A DNA stretch of 64,000 nucleotides from a virus. A model generated the notes under the pieces. The model ran no database searches and had not been told where the DNA came from. It saw nothing but the letters and a program-made list of their open reading frames with translations. The stretch is from the IMG/VR virus record IMGVR_UViG_3300037130_000236. One strand, given 5' to 3'. How positions within the stretch are numbered: the first letter of the stretch is position 1; each line of letters begins with the position of its first letter. Position numbers and translations under genes: made by a program. Below are positions 58,678-64,000 of this stretch, in pieces.

Positions 58678-58722
58678 GCCAGGATTCTACACCGGTTCAC
58701 CCTCACCAACTTTGGAGACACC

Positions 58723-59457
58723 ATGATTGGCCCGCTTGCTGGACTCGCTGATGATGTACTGGGGTTGTTTGCCCGGTACAGCGGCGGCTTGTTCGGAAAG
58801 AAGGCTCCTGACTACGAGGGCCGGAACGGCGGAACGTTCGGGAGTCCCGAGTTCTTCCAAGATGCGCATGCCGGAGATTACCGGGCGCTGGCGCGTCTCG
58901 AGAAAGAAGGTTACGGCTCCGTATGGAACCGGCCCTTCTTCCGTGGAGTAGTCGAAAGCGAGATCACCCGCAACATCGCGCGCGGCAAGACCAGGATGCC
59001 TCGTGGCCTTCTGACTGGCAGTCCCATGTACGGCTACAACAAGTTTGCCGACAATCTCTGGGGCAAGCAGGCCAGGACGGGATTGAAGTTCGGCGTTCCG
59101 ATTGCTCTTCTGGGCGTAGCCACAGCTCCCAAAGGAGAGATGGTCAAGCGGGGAGCTGAAGGTCTTGGAATGCTCACCGGCCAAGCCCTGGGCGGTGCCG
59201 TAGGCGGCCTTTTCCTCGGCATGCCAGGTGAAATCGTGGGACAGATCATCGGTGGCACGGTAGGAGAAAAGATCGGCTCCACGCTGAAGCCTCTCGATGA
59301 TCTCGGCCATCAGGCTTATCACCTGAACTTCGGCGGCGAATACCATGACACGGAAGTTGCTTGGACGATGAGACAGCGTGCCGTTCAAGAGATGGGATCG
59401 AGCGCCCTCAACGCACGGCAATACCTTGGTAAGGAAGCGTTGCTGTTTCACACATAA
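58723..59457 (+). CDS. Glycine-zipper membrane-active protein, putative internal/ejected virion protein
   Basis: GxxxG repeats (GQALGGAVGGLFLG..GQIIGGTVG); C-terminal TMRQRAVQ..NARQYLGKEA. Confidence 0.65.
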   Translation: MIGPLAGLADDVLGLFARYSGGLFGKKAPDYEGRNGGTFGSPEFFQDAHAGDYRALARLEKEGYGSVWNRPFFRGVVESEITRNIARGKTRMPRGLLTGSPMYGYNKFADNLWGKQARTGLKFGVPIALLGVATAPKGEMVKRGAEGLGMLTGQALGGAVGGLFLGMPGEIVGQIIGGTVGEKIGSTLKPLDDLGHQAYHLNFGGEYHDTEVAWTMRQRAVQEMGSSALNARQYLGKEALLFHT

Positions 59458-59459
59458 TC

Positions 59460-60011
59460 ATGGGAAAAGATCACGCACTCGTTGATTTGACTGGCAAGCA
59501 GTTTGGAAACTGGCTTGTTCTTTCCCGTGCTGAGAATATGGGCAGAAATGTCCGATGGCTCTGTCGTTGCACTTGTGGAAGCGGTATAGAACGAATCGTA
59601 ATGGGGAATTCGCTTAGAGGCGGGTACAGCAAAGGCTGTGGTTGCATCCTCAAAGAGGCGATGATTGAGGTCAGAAAACGGTTGAATCCCAATCCGCACT
59701 CTCAACTGAATGAGTACAAACTTTATCAGGCAGCCAAGACTCGGGCCAAACGGGACGGTTTGCCGTTCGATATTACCTATCAGGATGTCATTATTCCGAC
59801 GCATTGCCCGGTCTTGGGTATCGAACTTGAACCCTGTGTTGGTACACACGGTCCAAGCGACAACAGTCCGTCCGTCGACAAGATCATTCCCGATCTTGGC
59901 TATGTGAAAGGCAACATTAAGGTGATCAGCTTTCGAGCAAACACCATCAAGCGGGATGCAACGGCTGAAGAACTGCGCAAGGTTTTGCAATATGTTGAAC
60001 AGGCGGCGTAA
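59460..60011 (+). CDS. HNH-like homing endonuclease, paralogue of 45663..46097
   Basis: DLTGKQFGNWLVL..WLCRCTCG N-terminus; CPVLG..SPSVDKIIPDLGYVKGNIKVISFRANTIK. Confidence 0.85.
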   Translation: MGKDHALVDLTGKQFGNWLVLSRAENMGRNVRWLCRCTCGSGIERIVMGNSLRGGYSKGCGCILKEAMIEVRKRLNPNPHSQLNEYKLYQAAKTRAKRDGLPFDITYQDVIIPTHCPVLGIELEPCVGTHGPSDNSPSVDKIIPDLGYVKGNIKVISFRANTIKRDATAEELRKVLQYVEQAA

Positions 60012-60050
60012 GGAAGCCGCCCTGATGCATCAGTAGAACAGGAGAAAGAT

Positions 60051-60314
60051 ATGTCAACGACACCGTACTCCACAGCCCAACTGAGTTCCATGATGGATGC
60101 ATTGACGTCGAGGGTGACCACTCTCGATGGGATTGGACTGCCCGCCGGCACACAGGGACTGGTGCCGGTCCTGACAGCTCGGGCCAATGGCACCGATACC
60201 AAGATCCGTCAGGTCGTGACCAACCTGGAGAGCCAGCTCGCTTCGCTCAAGAGCGGCATTGCGACATTTACGACATCCGTCCGGCAGCTTCTCGGCCTGT
60301 CCGTGACATCTTAG
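60051..60314 (+). CDS. Small coiled-coil protein
   Basis: 87 aa, AGGAG RBS. Confidence 0.65.
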   Translation: MSTTPYSTAQLSSMMDALTSRVTTLDGIGLPAGTQGLVPVLTARANGTDTKIRQVVTNLESQLASLKSGIATFTTSVRQLLGLSVTS

Positions 60315-60316
60315 TT

Positions 60317-60340
60317 GTACGGCTGAAACCGTGTCCTTTC
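60317..60340. repeat. Degenerate Acidobacteria-type REP-like palindrome
   Basis: GTACGGCTGAAACCGTGTCCTTTC resembles the recalled GCACGGCTGAAGCCGTGCCCT repeat of Acidobacteriaceae; single copy here. Confidence 0.4.
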
Positions 60341-60445
60341 CAACCGGGTTATGAAACAGCTTCTAGGGTGTTCCCCTTATGGTTTGACCTGATTTCCACA
60401 TGCTAGAGTAGTTTGGATTAAAATCCGTAACACTCTGAGGTTACT

Positions 60446-60697
60446 TTGGTTCGTATCGTGGCTCACCTGAAGACTGAACTTCAGGAAGTTGAAGCGCAGC
60501 TATTGGCGCTTTATGAGAAGCGCGATGGCCTGCGGCAAGTTCTTCGCGCGACAACTGAGAGCACGTCGAACAATTCCCATGCAGGACCTCGGCTTTGTTT
60601 CACCAACCCTCTATCGGTAGCGCGCTGCCCGCGAGGGCATGCCAGCTGCGGGATATGTGAAAGGTCCGTGACCTGCGAACACAGACTGCGAGCATAA
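60446..60697 (+). CDS. Hypothetical protein (coiled coil + Cys-rich tail)
   Basis: 83-aa ORF ending at the terminator; start uncertain. Confidence 0.45.
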   Translation: MVRIVAHLKTELQEVEAQLLALYEKRDGLRQVLRATTESTSNNSHAGPRLCFTNPLSVARCPRGHASCGICERSVTCEHRLRA

Positions 60698-60732
60698 CAA
60701 AGATGCCTGGGCCAACGCCCAGGCATCTTTGT
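60697..60732. terminator. Bidirectional rho-independent terminator
   Basis: Perfect 16-bp stem ACAAAGATGCCTGGGC-caac-GCCCAGGCATCTTTGT between convergent genes. Confidence 0.85.
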
Positions 60733-60758
60733 CTGTATCGACTCATCATAGATGTCAA

Positions 60759-61313
60759 TTACTTTCCTCTACTGGCCAAGATGCTAGCCGCCGTTGCAGT
60801 GCCAGCGAGAACGGCTACATCGGCACCGCCACGTTGGGTGGGAAGGGAACCGACCTCATGGAACCAGGACGAGTCCTGAAGAGCGTCCGCGGCGACGGTC
60901 CAATGCTGGGTCTTCACAGCCTCCAGGGTGTTCACGAACTTGGACAAGCCATGCTCGCCCATATTGAAAACCAGATCGACAAGCACGAGCTGCTTGTCAG
61001 CGGGCAGGTCATCGAAATTGGGAACAAGGTTCTTGGCTCCCGTGACGGCCATGGCGGCCGTGGTGTCGAGCAGCTCGTCCACTTGGTTGGCGGTGATGAT
61101 GACTCTGCCGGCCTTGATCCCCGCGTAGTCAAGATGGAGGCCGGTAACAATGGCCTGAGCGCCAGGCGCTTCCAGATCGAAGCCAACACCGATGTGAGCT
61201 TTGCCCACCAGGACCGTTGTTGGAGTGATGGGCTTGCCGGTCTTGTCGTCGTAGGCAGCGAAGCGTGTTGATTCCCAGCGCGTGATCCATTTCTTGATGA
61301 GAGCGAGGTTCAT
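60759..61313 (-). CDS. GH24 (T4-type) lysozyme
   Basis: WE(14)..YDD..HIGVG..LVDLVFNMG..LSKF..AADAL.DS.W. Confidence 0.85.
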   Translation of the reverse strand: MNLALIKKWITRWESTRFAAYDDKTGKPITPTTVLVGKAHIGVGFDLEAPGAQAIVTGLHLDYAGIKAGRVIITANQVDELLDTTAAMAVTGAKNLVPNFDDLPADKQLVLVDLVFNMGEHGLSKFVNTLEAVKTQHWTVAADALQDSSWFHEVGSLPTQRGGADVAVLAGTATAASILASRGK

Positions 61314-61328
61314 GAGTCTCCAGTCCGG

Positions 61329-62564
<1,236 letters not shown>

Positions 62565-62582
62565 CCGAACAATAGATAAACC

Positions 62583-62801
62583 TTGGTTGTTCGAACACTG
62601 CATCGTTACGAATGTTTGCGGCTGGGGAATCGTGAGCGCGAACTGAACGGGATGGAGACCATGGCGAGACAACGACAGAATGCTCGGCGGTTGGGCGGAT
62701 ATTGGCGTTTCTGCCTATCCGCACTTGACCTCATGGATGCGTTCACAGCACAATCATTTCAGCCAGCCGTTTCGCGTGAAGTGATCAGGAGAGCATCTTG
62801 A
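62583..62801 (+). pseudogene. Possible degenerate second xis-like ORF
   Basis: RRLGGYWRFCLSALD resembles the xis wing (GKLWRFRASDL) but the HTH helix is not recognisable; stop overlaps the integrase start. Confidence 0.35.
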
Positions 62802-64000
62802 AATTCACGCGCAATCGGTATCAACAAGGAAGTCTACGAAAAGTGCGACGCAAGTCTGGAGCTGAGGTTTGGGAGTACAGGTTTCGCAACCATGCGGAGC
62901 CGGGAAGTCCTATGCGCCAGATAACGCTCAGTGCATTGGAGTATCCAACCGAAACAAAAGCTCTTGTCCGTCTGCAAGAGGACGTGCTTCGAATCAACGA
63001 TTCGAAAGCCTTCAAGGCGCACAACAGGCCAACGCTGGGATTGGTGATTGACCGATTCTCAACCGAGGAGCGCCTGGAAGGAATTCTGCGACAGGCACCG
63101 GGGGAGGCCACCATCACGGACGGCTTTTCCTGGAGCACCGCCGCCGGTTACCGCAGCTACCTCAAGAAGCACATCCGGCCCAAATGGGGTAGCACTCTAC
63201 TCACAGACGCCAGACCACTCGAAATCTCTGAATGGTTGAAGTCTTTGCCTCTGTCGCCGAAGACACGCGGCCATGTCGGAGCCCTCCTGCATCTCCTGTT
63301 CGAGCGGGCAATGCTGTGGGGCTTGATGGACGTTCAGCGAAACCCTATGGAGTTGGTGAAGCTGAAGGGAACCAGCAAGCGGCTTAAAAAGCCGCAAATT
63401 CTCACCCCTGAGAAGTTTCAGGAGTTGGTTTCCATGCTGCATGAGCCATACAGGACGATGGTCATTGTCGCGATGTGCACCGGGATGCGGGTGTCCGAGG
63501 TTTTGGCCCTTCGCTGGGAGCATATCGACTTCGAGGCCGGAGCGATGTTGGTTCAACAGGGTGTCGTCAACGGCCGGATCGGAAGAGTGAAAACTGAAGC
63601 GTCCAACGATTACATCCCACTTGATCCCGCATTTGCTCAAATCCTGCGCGATTGGAGGGGAGCCAGAACGACCGGGCTTGTCTTCCCGTCGCACGTCACC
63701 GGCGGCTGCTACTACGCGGGCGTCATTCAGCAACAGATTCTGAAGCCTGCCGGTGAAAAGATTGGCCATCCGGGAATTGGTTGGCACGTCTTCAGGCACA
63801 CGTATCGTTCCTTTCTGGACGAAACGGGCGCTCCCATCGGTGTGCAGCAGAAACTCATGCGGCACAGCAACGTGGCCACGACCATGAACGTCTACGGCAA
63901 CGCCAGCCTGAGAGCCAAGCAGACGGCCAACTCAAAGGTTGTGCAGATGGTGATGCCGCAAGAACCACCACTGGCTGTGCGGCAGTCAGTGGCGGTTTGA
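62798..64000 (+). CDS. int: Tyrosine recombinase / phage integrase
   Basis: Arm-binding N-terminus; catalytic R (TGMR), K (VKT), HxxR (HVFRH), H (MRH), Y (MNVY); AGGAGA RBS, TTG start. Confidence 0.95.
   Translation: MKFTRNRYQQGSLRKVRRKSGAEVWEYRFRNHAEPGSPMRQITLSALEYPTETKALVRLQEDVLRINDSKAFKAHNRPTLGLVIDRFSTEERLEGILRQAPGEATITDGFSWSTAAGYRSYLKKHIRPKWGSTLLTDARPLEISEWLKSLPLSPKTRGHVGALLHLLFERAMLWGLMDVQRNPMELVKLKGTSKRLKKPQILTPEKFQELVSMLHEPYRTMVIVAMCTGMRVSEVLALRWEHIDFEAGAMLVQQGVVNGRIGRVKTEASNDYIPLDPAFAQILRDWRGARTTGLVFPSHVTGGCYYAGVIQQQILKPAGEKIGHPGIGWHVFRHTYRSFLDETGAPIGVQQKLMRHSNVATTMNVYGNASLRAKQTANSKVVQMVMPQEPPLAVRQSVAV

Noticed and set aside
58662-58693. TTGACA as a sigma70 -35 for the 58723 gene
   Set aside because: No acceptable -10 hexamer at 16-18 bp spacing.
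60022-60033. Perfect 12-bp palindrome CTGATGCATCAG before the 60051 gene
   Set aside because: Single occurrence, so it cannot be separated from chance.

Overview
The whole 64 kb reads as the late (virion morphogenesis) half of a very large temperate myophage, most likely an Acidobacteriota prophage. The host assignment is inferred from the integrase/xis style and a host-like REP repeat. Gene order on the + strand: Ig-domain protein, M15 endolysin/holin cassette, neck/head-closure, tail terminator, sheath, three tail-tube paralogues, two chaperone-like genes, two giant proteins in the tape-measure slot, and an SLT-baseplate hub fusion. A 5-gene cargo island follows (HEPN, WG-repeat, J-domain and two membrane proteins). 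Then come baseplate and fibre genes with an embedded bacterioferritin and five free-standing endonucleases, a reverse-strand lysozyme and RNA ligase, and xis plus a tyrosine integrase at the right end. The standout is 17560..22599. This 1679-aa protein with tape-measure-like ends carries, in order, beta-like (GYIGEG; GMK..GK) and beta-prime-like (GKEGVWR; RHP; DADGD) double-psi-barrel motifs, i.e. a candidate single-chain two-barrel RNA polymerase encoded inside the tail module. A repeated promoter-like motif (TTCCTATACTAGA) and a repeated operator-like palindrome (CTAACNGTTAG) punctuate the operon. All calls come from reading the sequence by eye; no database searches were run.
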